Sequence record: PZ154896.1
Reading direction: 5' to 3' (one strand)
Origin: a phage
DNA: 64,000 nt
Part shown: piece by piece, positions 53,798 through 62,340 of the stretch
How positions within the stretch are numbered: position 1 is the stretch's first letter
Layout of the letters: each line of letters starts with the position of its first letter
The notes under the pieces: generated by a model
Seen by the model: only the letters and a program-made list of their open reading frames with translations
Told to the model about the DNA's origin: nothing
Database searches by the model: none
Made by a program: the position numbers and the translations under genes

Positions 53798-54292
53798 TCA
53801 CAACTTATTAATATTTACTTTAATTCGCTTTCTTTTCTTGGAAGGAATTTGTTCTGGACCTTTATTTACGACTGCACCTGTAGTTGTTCCTGATGCAATA
53901 GCTTGAGGACTACCGCCTGAATCACCAGCAACCATATCCTCAAATAAAGGGAGTTCTTTAAATATTTCTTTCTGTTGTTCTTCCGTAATGTTATAGCGTG
54001 AAGCTACAGCACTCCAGGCAGACATCATTGAGGCCATTCCATTAAGACCTGGAACAGTGCTCATCATTCGCTTCATTGAACGAACTGAAGCATGAAAAGG
54101 TGTATACGCAGCTTTCTCTTCGGGAGTAGAAGGACGTTTAAGAACACTTCCACGTTCATCGATGATTTTGGCTTCGTATGCTTTCCATTCGGTAAAAGGT
54201 TTTTGCATTAGTCGAATAAACTTATATGCATAAACAGAATCTATTGCAGTGTTAATAATACCCATAGGTACCTCCTGAGTATATTTAATCAA
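53798..54292 (-). CDS. hypothetical protein (164 aa or shorter)
   Basis: ORF track; Lys/Arg-rich C-terminus. Confidence 0.4.
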   Translation of the reverse strand: MIKYTQEVPMGIINTAIDSVYAYKFIRLMQKPFTEWKAYEAKIIDERGSVLKRPSTPEEKAAYTPFHASVRSMKRMMSTVPGLNGMASMMSAWSAVASRYNITEEQQKEIFKELPLFEDMVAGDSGGSPQAIASGTTTGAVVNKGPEQIPSKKRKRIKVNINKL

Positions 54293-54482
54293 TTACAAAG
54301 ATTGCTTTGTCACCATTTACATCTGTGACTTCATATGTAGTGCCTTCATACTGTGGAATATTCCAAATTACACCATCATTAGCTTTTACGCTAATATGAC
54401 ATTGGTGTTTTGAAACAACTTCATAATCTTCAAAACTTGTAAAAACACTAATTTTAGAACCAGTGCAAATTGCAGTAGTCAT
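54285..54482 (-). CDS. hypothetical protein (65 aa)
   Basis: ORF track. Confidence 0.4.
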   Translation of the reverse strand: MTTAICTGSKISVFTSFEDYEVVSKHQCHISVKANDGVIWNIPQYEGTTYEVTDVNGDKAIFVID

Positions 54483-54483
54483 T

Positions 54484-55143
54484 TTAACCTCGATTCATAA
54501 ATGCATTAAATATTTGGTCATCAACAGAAATTTCTAATTCGACTTCAATTGCTTCAGCCTTTTCTTCAGGTGGTAATTCGTATCCACACACTACAATTTT
54601 TTCATCGATATCAAAATACACAGAAGCAATATGATTAATGTTATTTTCGGTTAAGTCTAAATCAACATCAACATCTTTTTGACCTACACTTAAAGGATAA
54701 CTAATACGGGTTATTTTATTATCTTTAACAAAGAGACCACCGACATACTCTGTACTACGTTTGAAGTCTACACGTTTCCGAAATGAAAGATATGATGCAT
54801 CTTTACCGTGAGCTCGGCTCATAGGGCATAATGAATAGCTAGAATATGAGATGTCAAATCCTACACCTTCAATATGAGCCAACGCGTCATGATTAAACCA
54901 ATTATAATCATATGCCAAATCCATTATATTGTAATATGTGAAAGGCACCGGATTAACATCATACGTTGTACCTTTAAAATCTGCCCAGGCAACGATTTCG
55001 TTATCTTTAACAATTACAAAAATTACACCAATATGGTATCCGTTATTATTTTCATTCGGCGTTATATTATAACATTGTGCATTAGGAAATTTACCATATT
55101 TAAATGGCGCATTTTTGTGCATATAATAAATCATATTATTCAC
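54484..55143 (-). CDS. hypothetical protein (219 aa)
   Basis: ORF track. Confidence 0.45.
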   Translation of the reverse strand: MNNMIYYMHKNAPFKYGKFPNAQCYNITPNENNNGYHIGVIFVIVKDNEIVAWADFKGTTYDVNPVPFTYYNIMDLAYDYNWFNHDALAHIEGVGFDISYSSYSLCPMSRAHGKDASYLSFRKRVDFKRSTEYVGGLFVKDNKITRISYPLSVGQKDVDVDLDLTENNINHIASVYFDIDEKIVVCGYELPPEEKAEAIEVELEISVDDQIFNAFMNRG

Positions 55144-55429
55144 CTGTGATTTCGGTTACGATATCTTTGTTATCGAAATTAGGGTCACAATACAAAACAT
55201 AATTGTACTGCATGATACCACCAGATTTAAGTTGTTCAACAACTTTATTAACCATATTAGGACGGTCTCGTTTAGTGATGTTCATGATATCAGAGAAGAT
55301 TTGTTGTTCAACATCTTCTTGATTTGCAGTCATTGACCACTCACAGAGGTCTTTATCATAACCTGCCGTAACTGGAGCTGGTGCACATGATACTGCGAGT
55401 AAGATTGCTGCCAATGATAACTTTTTCAT
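55136..55429 (-). CDS. sp: Spackle periplasmic superinfection-exclusion protein
   Basis: 97 aa with signal peptide; GYDKDLCEWSMTA...KSGGIMQYNYVLYCD matches T4 Sp. Confidence 0.85.
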   Translation of the reverse strand: MKKLSLAAILLAVSCAPAPVTAGYDKDLCEWSMTANQEDVEQQIFSDIMNITKRDRPNMVNKVVEQLKSGGIMQYNYVLYCDPNFDNKDIVTEITGE

Positions 55430-55492
55430 TTTAACTCCTTAGTTGATTTGATAGGACTACTATACTATAGTCCATCTATAATGTAAACAAGT

Positions 55493-55741
55493 TTATTCTT
55501 TTTCGCGAATAATAATTACTTGTTGAGGCTGCTGAGCAGATTTCTTTTCGGCAACGATAGACCAAATTAAAGTTCCAATCCAACCAATCATCGTCCAGTT
55601 AAAGAGTAAAGATACAAAGAAGATTGCTGTTGTGCTTTTTGTGCCACGAATAAGTGCGATTACCCAAGGCAACATGTAAATGACGATTGAACCAATACCT
55701 GCGATTAAAACCGCTACTGAACTAGCTACGAATAATTCCAT
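55493..55741 (-). CDS. small two-TM membrane protein (82 aa; Imm-like size/topology)
   Basis: Two hydrophobic helices; T4 Imm is 83 aa two-TM, but identity cannot be verified. Confidence 0.4.
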   Translation of the reverse strand: MELFVASSVAVLIAGIGSIVIYMLPWVIALIRGTKSTTAIFFVSLLFNWTMIGWIGTLIWSIVAEKKSAQQPQQVIIIREKE

Positions 55742-55802
55742 GTTAATTTCCTCTTGATTTGTTATGTTTATAATATCTTGTTTTAACTTTGGCGTAAACC
55801 AA

Positions 55803-56171
55803 TTAATTAAATTTGTTTAAACGTTCAATACACTGGACGTAGTTATTTGCGATTTGTTTCTGTGTAGGCTCTTTACCGGTTGTTTCAACATAGCGAATGA
55901 ATGCGATTTCAGTAGCCTGTAGACAATGTTCTTTAACGCGCTGTTCTTTTGACATAGCTACGGTATCAGAATCACGATAACGTTGAGCATGGGCATCAGC
56001 TTGAATCATTCGATTACCTACAGTAACCGGGTCTTCCACTTCAACTTTAGGTTGGTCATACTGTTTAACATTCGGATTGTAAATCAGTTGGCCAACGTTA
56101 TTAGGGATAAAGCCGTGGGCACCACATCCGGTTAATCCAAATACCATTGCTAAAGCGATTAATTTTTTCAT
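55803..56171 (-). CDS. predicted lipoprotein (122 aa)
   Basis: Signal peptide with lipobox LTGC. Confidence 0.5.
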   Translation of the reverse strand: MKKLIALAMVFGLTGCGAHGFIPNNVGQLIYNPNVKQYDQPKVEVEDPVTVGNRMIQADAHAQRYRDSDTVAMSKEQRVKEHCLQATEIAFIRYVETTGKEPTQKQIANNYVQCIERLNKFN

Positions 56172-56242
56172 TTCAATTTCCTCTGTAGTTGATAAAAAGA
56201 TAGTAACACAGTATGTGGTGCTTGTAAACAGTTATTTTAAAA

Positions 56243-56431
56243 TTATCGAAAATCTGCTTCGAAAACTTTCTCGTCATTAACAAACGCTTTAACTAATGCG
56301 TTGTTCACTTCAGCAAGTTGTATCGCAACCCACTCGATTTCTTCACGGTCACCTGATAACATGATATCTTTAGTGAACATCTCGCCGCTTTTAAACCAGC
56401 CAATAAAAGTAACTTTAGTTAATTTGCTCAT
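56243..56431 (-). CDS. dmd: Dmd antitoxin (inhibitor of host RnlA/LsoA toxins)
   Basis: Internal ATG with GAGGA RBS gives 62 aa; VTFIGWFKSGEMFTKDIML...AEVNNALVKAFVNDEKV matches T4 Dmd. Confidence 0.8.
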   Translation of the reverse strand: MSKLTKVTFIGWFKSGEMFTKDIMLSGDREEIEWVAIQLAEVNNALVKAFVNDEKVFEADFR

Positions 56432-56745
56432 ATTTCCTCGCAAAATGCCCATTCAGCGTGATAAACTGTAGCACCTTTAGTATTATTCATTTGAACTACG
56501 TCTACCGGAGAAATTACTCGATAGAGACGTGGTTCACCTCCATAAGAGCGTGCTGCTCGTCCTGCATAAATCTTTGCTAAACCGATATCTTCAGTAAAGA
56601 ATACACGATCCAAGTTTTTCTTACGCCCAGTTTCAGACAGAACTCCTGTTTCTTCAGGAGGACAAAGCATGTTTTCGATGTTAGCTGAACTACTTGAACC
56701 GTGATAAAAAATCTTAAATTCTGCTTTACAATCAATGGTTTTCAT
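56428..56745 (-). CDS. small protein with Arr/Tpt1-like ADP-ribosyltransferase signature (105 aa)
   Basis: FYHGSSS...RVFFTED...LYRVISP blocks resemble the rifampin-ADP-ribosyltransferase fold as recalled from memory; stop overlaps dmd start (ATGA). Confidence 0.35.
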   Translation of the reverse strand: MKTIDCKAEFKIFYHGSSSSANIENMLCPPEETGVLSETGRKKNLDRVFFTEDIGLAKIYAGRAARSYGGEPRLYRVISPVDVVQMNNTKGATVYHAEWAFCEEI

Positions 56746-56804
56746 TTTGTTCTCCTCTTGGTTGGTGTAAGTACATCATATCATGCCTAGAGGAAGATGT
56801 AAAC

Positions 56805-56828
56805 CCCGAAAGGAGACCGAAGTCTCCT
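56805..56828 (-). terminator. terminator hairpin after gene 41 (AGGAGAC-ttcg-GTCTCCT)
   Basis: Near-copy of the 790-807/15874-15891 hairpin; T-tract is better on plus strand so may act bidirectionally. Confidence 0.55.
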
Positions 56829-56833
56829 TTTTA

Positions 56834-58276
56834 TTAAAATTTTAACTCATTGGCTAAGCTATCTAGGTCAGCACGTGTTGTTTTGGCTTTACCTACGCGT
56901 TCCGTACGATTCACCTCTGCCTGACGCATCTGAGCACCTGCGTTTTCATTTACTGTGTTAGGTGTGTTCATGCCTTCTTGCTCAATCTCAACCCATTTCT
57001 GGTTGCCTTTACGTACACCCATCAGGAATTTATTCCACTTATTCTTATCACCGTATCGTGATTTGATTTGTTTGATAAGTTGTTGTTCAGCTTGTGCAAG
57101 TTCTTCGGTTTCAATTACGGCCAACATGAAATCTGCCGTTGCTGGTAAACCTGCTGATTCTGCAATATCGCTCATGTTCATATCCGAAGCATCCCATGCT
57201 GCACGTCCTACTTGAGCGGCAGTCCATAGAACTGTTTCAGATTCTACTGCTAATGCACGAAGTTCTTCTGCGATAGCTTTAACTAATGTGTAGCTATTTT
57301 CAGTGTAAACTCTGATACGGCAAGACCCACAAATACCTAAGTAATCAACCATGATTACAGATGGCACAAAGTTCTTCTTGAGTTTCAATTCATTAAGCAA
57401 TGCACGGAATGTATTAGCATTAGCTCCGCCAGTAGGATACTGTTTAACTACTAAACGTCCTAATGTGGATTTTGAACGCCATTTTTCCATCTTGGCTTTA
57501 TATTCAGCATAAGATACGTTACCATCATCAATATCATCGAGCGATACGTCAAGCATGTTTGCATCTATACGCTTAGCACAAACTTCTTCAGCCATTTCCA
57601 TAGAAATATAAAGAACATTATGACCTGTTTGAAGATAATCTGCAGCAAGTGAACAAAGGCCTAAAGATTTACCGACGTTAACACCGGCCATTAAAACGTT
57701 CAGTGTACCAGTTTCAGCACCACCTTTAGTGATTTTATTCAGAATGTTTAATTTGAACGGGACCTTACGTGCTTTGTTCAGATAAGAAAGCCAGCGGGCT
57801 TCATAGTCTTCCATCCAGTCATGTCCAACATAACTATCAAACGAAATTGAAAGTGCTTGACGCATAATATCAGGAATAGCTCCTACATCAGGCATTTTCT
57901 TGTTACGTTGTTCTGGAGGTAGTTCAGCATTAGACTGAATCTCAATGATTTTGGATGTAGCATTATACATCGCTTTTTGCTGGACATATTTCTCAGTTTC
58001 TTTAACCAACCATTCGTGGTCTTCAGGAGTATCAGCCAATTTTTCAATTAGGTCTGAAGTTCCTTTATATTCGGCTTCAGTTAAAGAACTGTTATCTAAA
58101 GCCACCTTTAACGCATTGATAGATGGCATTGCATTATATTCGTTAACGTGGCTCTTTATAATTTTAAAGACATTTTTTGCCGGTCCACGCTCAAAATACT
58201 CAGAATCCATATAAGGCCAGACCTTAGAAAAATAAGCCTGGTCATATACTAGATGAGACAAAATAATTTCTACCAC
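56834..58276 (-). CDS. 41: replicative DNA helicase gp41 (DnaB-like)
   Basis: 480 aa; Walker A GVNVGKS; T4 gp41 length. Confidence 0.9.
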   Translation of the reverse strand: MVEIILSHLVYDQAYFSKVWPYMDSEYFERGPAKNVFKIIKSHVNEYNAMPSINALKVALDNSSLTEAEYKGTSDLIEKLADTPEDHEWLVKETEKYVQQKAMYNATSKIIEIQSNAELPPEQRNKKMPDVGAIPDIMRQALSISFDSYVGHDWMEDYEARWLSYLNKARKVPFKLNILNKITKGGAETGTLNVLMAGVNVGKSLGLCSLAADYLQTGHNVLYISMEMAEEVCAKRIDANMLDVSLDDIDDGNVSYAEYKAKMEKWRSKSTLGRLVVKQYPTGGANANTFRALLNELKLKKNFVPSVIMVDYLGICGSCRIRVYTENSYTLVKAIAEELRALAVESETVLWTAAQVGRAAWDASDMNMSDIAESAGLPATADFMLAVIETEELAQAEQQLIKQIKSRYGDKNKWNKFLMGVRKGNQKWVEIEQEGMNTPNTVNENAGAQMRQAEVNRTERVGKAKTTRADLDSLANELKF

Positions 58277-58285
58277 GATAACTCC

Positions 58286-58627
58286 TTAAAAGAATTTAAA
58301 TTTTTTCTTGGTCCGTTCATTAAAAGCTTGTTGTACTTGCATTGTAACACATTTTTCAACATGTGGTGCAAGTTCTGCTTTTCTGTCCTGGTCAAGAACT
58401 GCAAAGTCCATTACGATTTTACCATCAACCCAGTCTAGTTTTGTAATATAGACTATATGATGAGAACCATCTTCAAGCGTAATCAGAATCTCTTGAATGA
58501 CATTTTCCATTGCTGAACGGATAATTTTAAGAGATTCATTAAACACTCGTTCTTTGCGAATGTCTTCCCCTTCCGAAGAAGGGGATTCATCAACGATTTC
58601 TAGATTTAAATCATCGAGATTATTCAT
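58286..58627 (-). CDS. 40: gp40 head vertex assembly chaperone (tentative)
   Basis: Internal ATG overlapping uvsX 3' end; 113 aa; T4 position between uvsX and 41. Confidence 0.5.
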   Translation of the reverse strand: MNNLDDLNLEIVDESPSSEGEDIRKERVFNESLKIIRSAMENVIQEILITLEDGSHHIVYITKLDWVDGKIVMDFAVLDQDRKAELAPHVEKCVTMQVQQAFNERTKKKFKFF

Positions 58628-59792
58628 CGAAATCTTCCATTTCGTCAAGGTCGTTTTCTATATCTGCTGCAGACGGAGCATCAGAAGTTTTAACCGGAAC
58701 TTTAGTTGTTGCTTTGCAATTAATAAGGTCGTTAACAGCATCATCAACTTCTTTAATAGAAGAGATAGCACCTAGTTTATATTTAGTTTCAATTGCATCT
58801 CGGAAAGGTTTGTGTTTAAACAACGGTCCCCAGAATTCTACACAATCAGTAGCTTTAGCACGCCATGATTTTTCTTCACGAATCATTTCGCCTGTTTCTT
58901 CGTCAAGGAATTCGCGAGCATACCACCCGGCTTTAGGCTTAACTACAAAACCAATTTCAGTTGCCATTTCTAACAAGCCACTGAATGGGTCAATACCACC
59001 ATCGAAATTAACCGTGATTGGGAAAGTAGATTTTTCTTTAACGGTGCGAGATTTTTCCGCTTTCAACGTGAAGTCATAACCGGTCAATTCTGTACCTTCT
59101 TTAACCTGACGTTTAGAGATAAAAAATACCGTGTTGGCAGAATAAAGAATACCTGTACCACCACCCATAATCTCTTTAGGATACAATCCGCCGATTTCCA
59201 TTGCTGTATGGTTGATTGCAACACATGGAATATCTTTAATAGTCAGATACGGGGTCACAATGCGGAACAGAGATTTAAGTGCCTTAGCACGAGACATATC
59301 ACCTACAACTTTCTCGTTCAATGCATCTTCGGTTTCTTTCTTAGACGCAGTATTACCGATTGAATCGATAAAGATAATAACTTTATCACCGCGTTCAATC
59401 GCGTCAAGCTGATTAGTCATATCAACTTTAAGTTGTTCGACAGATTGAATCGGAGTATGAACTACACGGTCTAAATCAACACCCATTGAACGAAAATAAG
59501 ATTCTGAAGCACCAAATTCCGAATCATAGAACAAACAAATTGCATCTTTATATTTCTTCATATATGCTGCAACCATGGTCAGTCCAAACAACGTTTTAAA
59601 GTGTTTAGAAGGAGCAGCAAAAATAGTTAAGCCTGATTGCAACCCAGCATTCAGTGCACCACCTAATGCAATATTCAACATCGGAATACGAGTAGGGACT
59701 TCATCACGATTATTAAACAGCTTAGACTTGGTCAAGTCTGCAGTCATTTTAGAAGTAGAAGCTTTAATCAGACGAGATTTTAAATCAGACAT
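58620..59792 (-). CDS. uvsX: UvsX recombinase (RecA-like)
   Basis: 390 aa; RecA-like ATPase core; T4 UvsX length and position. Confidence 0.9.
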   Translation of the reverse strand: MSDLKSRLIKASTSKMTADLTKSKLFNNRDEVPTRIPMLNIALGGALNAGLQSGLTIFAAPSKHFKTLFGLTMVAAYMKKYKDAICLFYDSEFGASESYFRSMGVDLDRVVHTPIQSVEQLKVDMTNQLDAIERGDKVIIFIDSIGNTASKKETEDALNEKVVGDMSRAKALKSLFRIVTPYLTIKDIPCVAINHTAMEIGGLYPKEIMGGGTGILYSANTVFFISKRQVKEGTELTGYDFTLKAEKSRTVKEKSTFPITVNFDGGIDPFSGLLEMATEIGFVVKPKAGWYAREFLDEETGEMIREEKSWRAKATDCVEFWGPLFKHKPFRDAIETKYKLGAISSIKEVDDAVNDLINCKATTKVPVKTSDAPSAADIENDLDEMEDFDE

Positions 59793-59891
59793 TGTATTTT
59801 TCCATAGGCATCATTATATTTTACTCATGTTTAAAAGATAAGACGATTATATACTAACGGTTATACAGCATTTAAAACTTTAAACAGGCTC

Positions 59892-60440
59892 TTAACGAGC
59901 CCATTTGATAATTTCTGTAATCAAATAATTACGTTCGCTTGCATTAAATCCTATAACTTTGTTAGCGCCATCATGATTAAGTAATTGATACGTTTGGATT
60001 TCGTTATGAATTGCAAACTCTTCAAAATATGAAATGACTGTATTAAACCCGAATGAAGACAAAGTAATAAGGTCGTCTTCAAAACTTTCAGTCATTTCGT
60101 TACGTGTTAAAATAATTGTGAACACATCATGGTTTTGGCAAAGACGAACATAATCCTGTTCATAAACGTCGAGAACCGAGTCCGCATCTTGTCGAATACG
60201 TCCATAAACCCAGTTACTAATATATCCACGGTCTAGCAGATAAATCTTAGTAGGGTCTAAATAATTCAACATCGTTTCGAAACAGCCAACTTCATTTCGA
60301 GACTTAACATCGAAACGTCCATCAACTGTTCGTTTAGGGAAATCAATCTTTACATATCTTTCACTAATTTCCATTATGTCATTAATGAAAGTTGTTTTAC
60401 CAGCATTATCCGGGCCATCTACTAAAATAATTTTAGCCAT
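59892..60440 (-). CDS. thymidylate-kinase-family P-loop nucleotide kinase
   Basis: 182 aa; P-loop ILVDGPDNAGKTT and TMK DRx motif DRGYISNWVYG; GAGGA RBS; 1-nt gap after upstream gene. Confidence 0.65.
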   Translation of the reverse strand: MAKIILVDGPDNAGKTTFINDIMEISERYVKIDFPKRTVDGRFDVKSRNEVGCFETMLNYLDPTKIYLLDRGYISNWVYGRIRQDADSVLDVYEQDYVRLCQNHDVFTIILTRNEMTESFEDDLITLSSFGFNTVISYFEEFAIHNEIQTYQLLNHDGANKVIGFNASERNYLITEIIKWAR

Positions 60441-60441
60441 T

Positions 60442-61341
60442 TTATTCCTCGATTACGACATCTTCATATTTAGGTATATTATACGGCGAAGAAATTAAAG
60501 CATTAAAGTAGATGAACTCACCAAGACCTGGATGGAATACTTCTTCAGGATTTTCGAAATATTGAATCTTCGGTCGTCCTTTAAGAATTTGATAGTACTC
60601 AGTTTTAGTTGGTTTAAAAATTCGAATCAGCGCTTCTTCAGGATACTTATTTCTGTCGAAGCTATTATTTGGATCGGTTATATAAAGCGGTTGACCTAAT
60701 TGAATTGCACATTCAACCACTTGTTCAAAACGATAACACGGGTCACTAATTCGAAATGGATGAAAAATACCATCTAGATGAATAGGAGCCAAATCACCTA
60801 CAAGACGCTGCATGATGGAAGGACGTATAACTTTCTGGGTTACGATAATCTTATTACCATCGGCACCAGCGTTAACCAGCACTTCCTTTTGACGTTTATT
60901 CAACACAGTAGTTTGAAGTGAACGATTAACCGACAGCATGTCGGTTTTTAAGAATTCGTCAATATAAAAACGTGGTTTATTAGGGTCTGCAGTGATATTG
61001 AAATTGAATTCCACATCAAAAGCGCCGTCATATCCAGTGATATCTGTGATTAGAAAATCACAATCATAATAAGCAATTAATGAATCAACAACAAATTCAT
61101 TTTCAGACCAGAAATATTTACGAGTGTTATACGCGTTATCTTTATACCATAATGGAACAAACTTAAATTCCGGAAAAAGACGTTCACATTCTTTAATATC
61201 AGATGCATTACGTGGATATGTAATCACATCACCTGGATTAGCACGGTGCAAATGAAGTTGGAAGTTGCCATCCTTAAGGATAGCATACTGTCCAGTTTCA
61301 TAAGACCGCATACTCAAGATAGGTACGCGGAAAATAGCCAT
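60442..61341 (-). CDS. hypothetical protein (299 aa) in the beta-glucosyltransferase slot
   Basis: ORF track; TAATG overlap with upstream gp42-family gene; no resemblance to T4 beta-gt. Confidence 0.5.
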   Translation of the reverse strand: MAIFRVPILSMRSYETGQYAILKDGNFQLHLHRANPGDVITYPRNASDIKECERLFPEFKFVPLWYKDNAYNTRKYFWSENEFVVDSLIAYYDCDFLITDITGYDGAFDVEFNFNITADPNKPRFYIDEFLKTDMLSVNRSLQTTVLNKRQKEVLVNAGADGNKIIVTQKVIRPSIMQRLVGDLAPIHLDGIFHPFRISDPCYRFEQVVECAIQLGQPLYITDPNNSFDRNKYPEEALIRIFKPTKTEYYQILKGRPKIQYFENPEEVFHPGLGEFIYFNALISSPYNIPKYEDVVIEE

Positions 61342-62057
61342 TAGTCAAGGAATCCTTTAACATAATCAAAATCACGTTCAAACACATGGGCACTTACCAT
61401 GGTATGAGTATAATCACCAACTTCTACACCACATTCGTTAGCGATATAATGAAGTAATTTTCCTTGGAGATAAAAATCCAACTGCATAACAACAGCACAG
61501 TTCTGAGAACGCATATGACAGTGGGTATAAAGCTTACCATCACGAATATAATAAGTCACTGAGTCAGTACATGGATATTCAAGTGTTTCGTCCGAATCAA
61601 GCAAAGCCTGATCTGAACTTTCAAGAATTTGAAACACAACTCTTCGTGAATTAGGTTTCTCTTTAAGTTCTTTTAGAAGAGCTGGTAATTGGGCCGCAAT
61701 GCGAGGACCATAGAAAGTGTTGAAGTTCGCCGGCAAAACATCTGATTTTGGTTTAGAAATAAATTTAGCGACATTAGGATATGCCTTAAACGCTTCTTCT
61801 GCGTTGGTACCGCCAGAAATCATAAACTTCCAGAAGTCTTCGGCATATTCATAAGAGATGCGGTTAATACGTGGGTCGGTCATTTTGAATGTTGACGGGG
61901 TATCAACAACTACTGTCATAGACCCAATTTCATTACAACGTCCAATACGAGAATCAGTTACGAATTCCGGGTTTTCTAAAATTTCACGATTGACTGCTTT
62001 AAATGCGGTTTGAAAATCTGCGGCTTTGATATATTTCATTGTGTTATGTTTTCCCAT
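61341..62057 (-). CDS. thymidylate-synthase/dCMP-hydroxymethylase family enzyme, divergent gp42-like
   Basis: 238 aa; NSRR phosphate site, nucleophile Cys in YPCTDS, Asp in QLDFY at the pyrimidine-specifying position (cytosine-type) but RSQN where TS has RSCD and gp42 RSND; only ~30% identity to T4 gp42 by eye. Confidence 0.65.
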   Translation of the reverse strand: MGKHNTMKYIKAADFQTAFKAVNREILENPEFVTDSRIGRCNEIGSMTVVVDTPSTFKMTDPRINRISYEYAEDFWKFMISGGTNAEEAFKAYPNVAKFISKPKSDVLPANFNTFYGPRIAAQLPALLKELKEKPNSRRVVFQILESSDQALLDSDETLEYPCTDSVTYYIRDGKLYTHCHMRSQNCAVVMQLDFYLQGKLLHYIANECGVEVGDYTHTMVSAHVFERDFDYVKGFLD

Positions 62058-62075
62058 GTTTACCTCAATACAATT

Positions 62076-62101
62076 TATTATATACTCAATTCGTAAAGCT
62101 T
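62076..62101 (-). promoter_or_regulatory. MotA-type middle promoter for the gp42-like operon (MotA box AGCTTTA, -10 TATAAT)
   Basis: MotA-box core 62093-62099 (minus) 11 bp upstream of TATAAT at 62077-62082; ~20 nt before the ATG. Confidence 0.45.
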
Positions 62102-62178
62102 ATTTGAATTTCTTGATAATGTTGATATAACGTAAAGCTTCAGCATCGATACTTCCAAGAACACTATGAAGAAATGCA

Positions 62179-62340
62179 TCAGCGTAGTATTCCAATTGAA
62201 CAGGTTTCTTTAATCACTTTAGCCGCTTTAGTTTCAAACAGGCCCATCAGGGCCTTTTTAAGAATTTGTTCGTTGCTGTTAATTTTCGTAGTCAAAATCT
62301 CTTCATTAAGTTGGTGGTTAAAAGTTTTTCTAGAAATCAT
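62179..62340 (-). CDS. possible small protein (53 aa) coupled to the upstream Cys-rich enzyme
   Basis: Manual translation MISRKTFNHQLNEEILTTKINSNEQILKKALMGLFETKAAKVIKETCSIGILR; ATGA overlap with upstream stop; contains GGCCC-ugau-GGGCC hairpin that could instead be a terminator. Confidence 0.3.
   Translation of the reverse strand: MISRKTFNHQLNEEILTTKINSNEQILKKALMGLFETKAAKVIKETCSIGILR

Noticed and set aside
43985-58648. Long N-terminal extensions of track ORFs (43985..44590, 44998..45558, 51931..52467, 56243..56452, 58286..58648, also 7379..7942 and 35357..35977)
   Set aside because: Track appears to allow TTG starts; extensions run through promoters or terminators or overlap upstream genes, so starts were moved to internal ATGs with Shine-Dalgarno sites.
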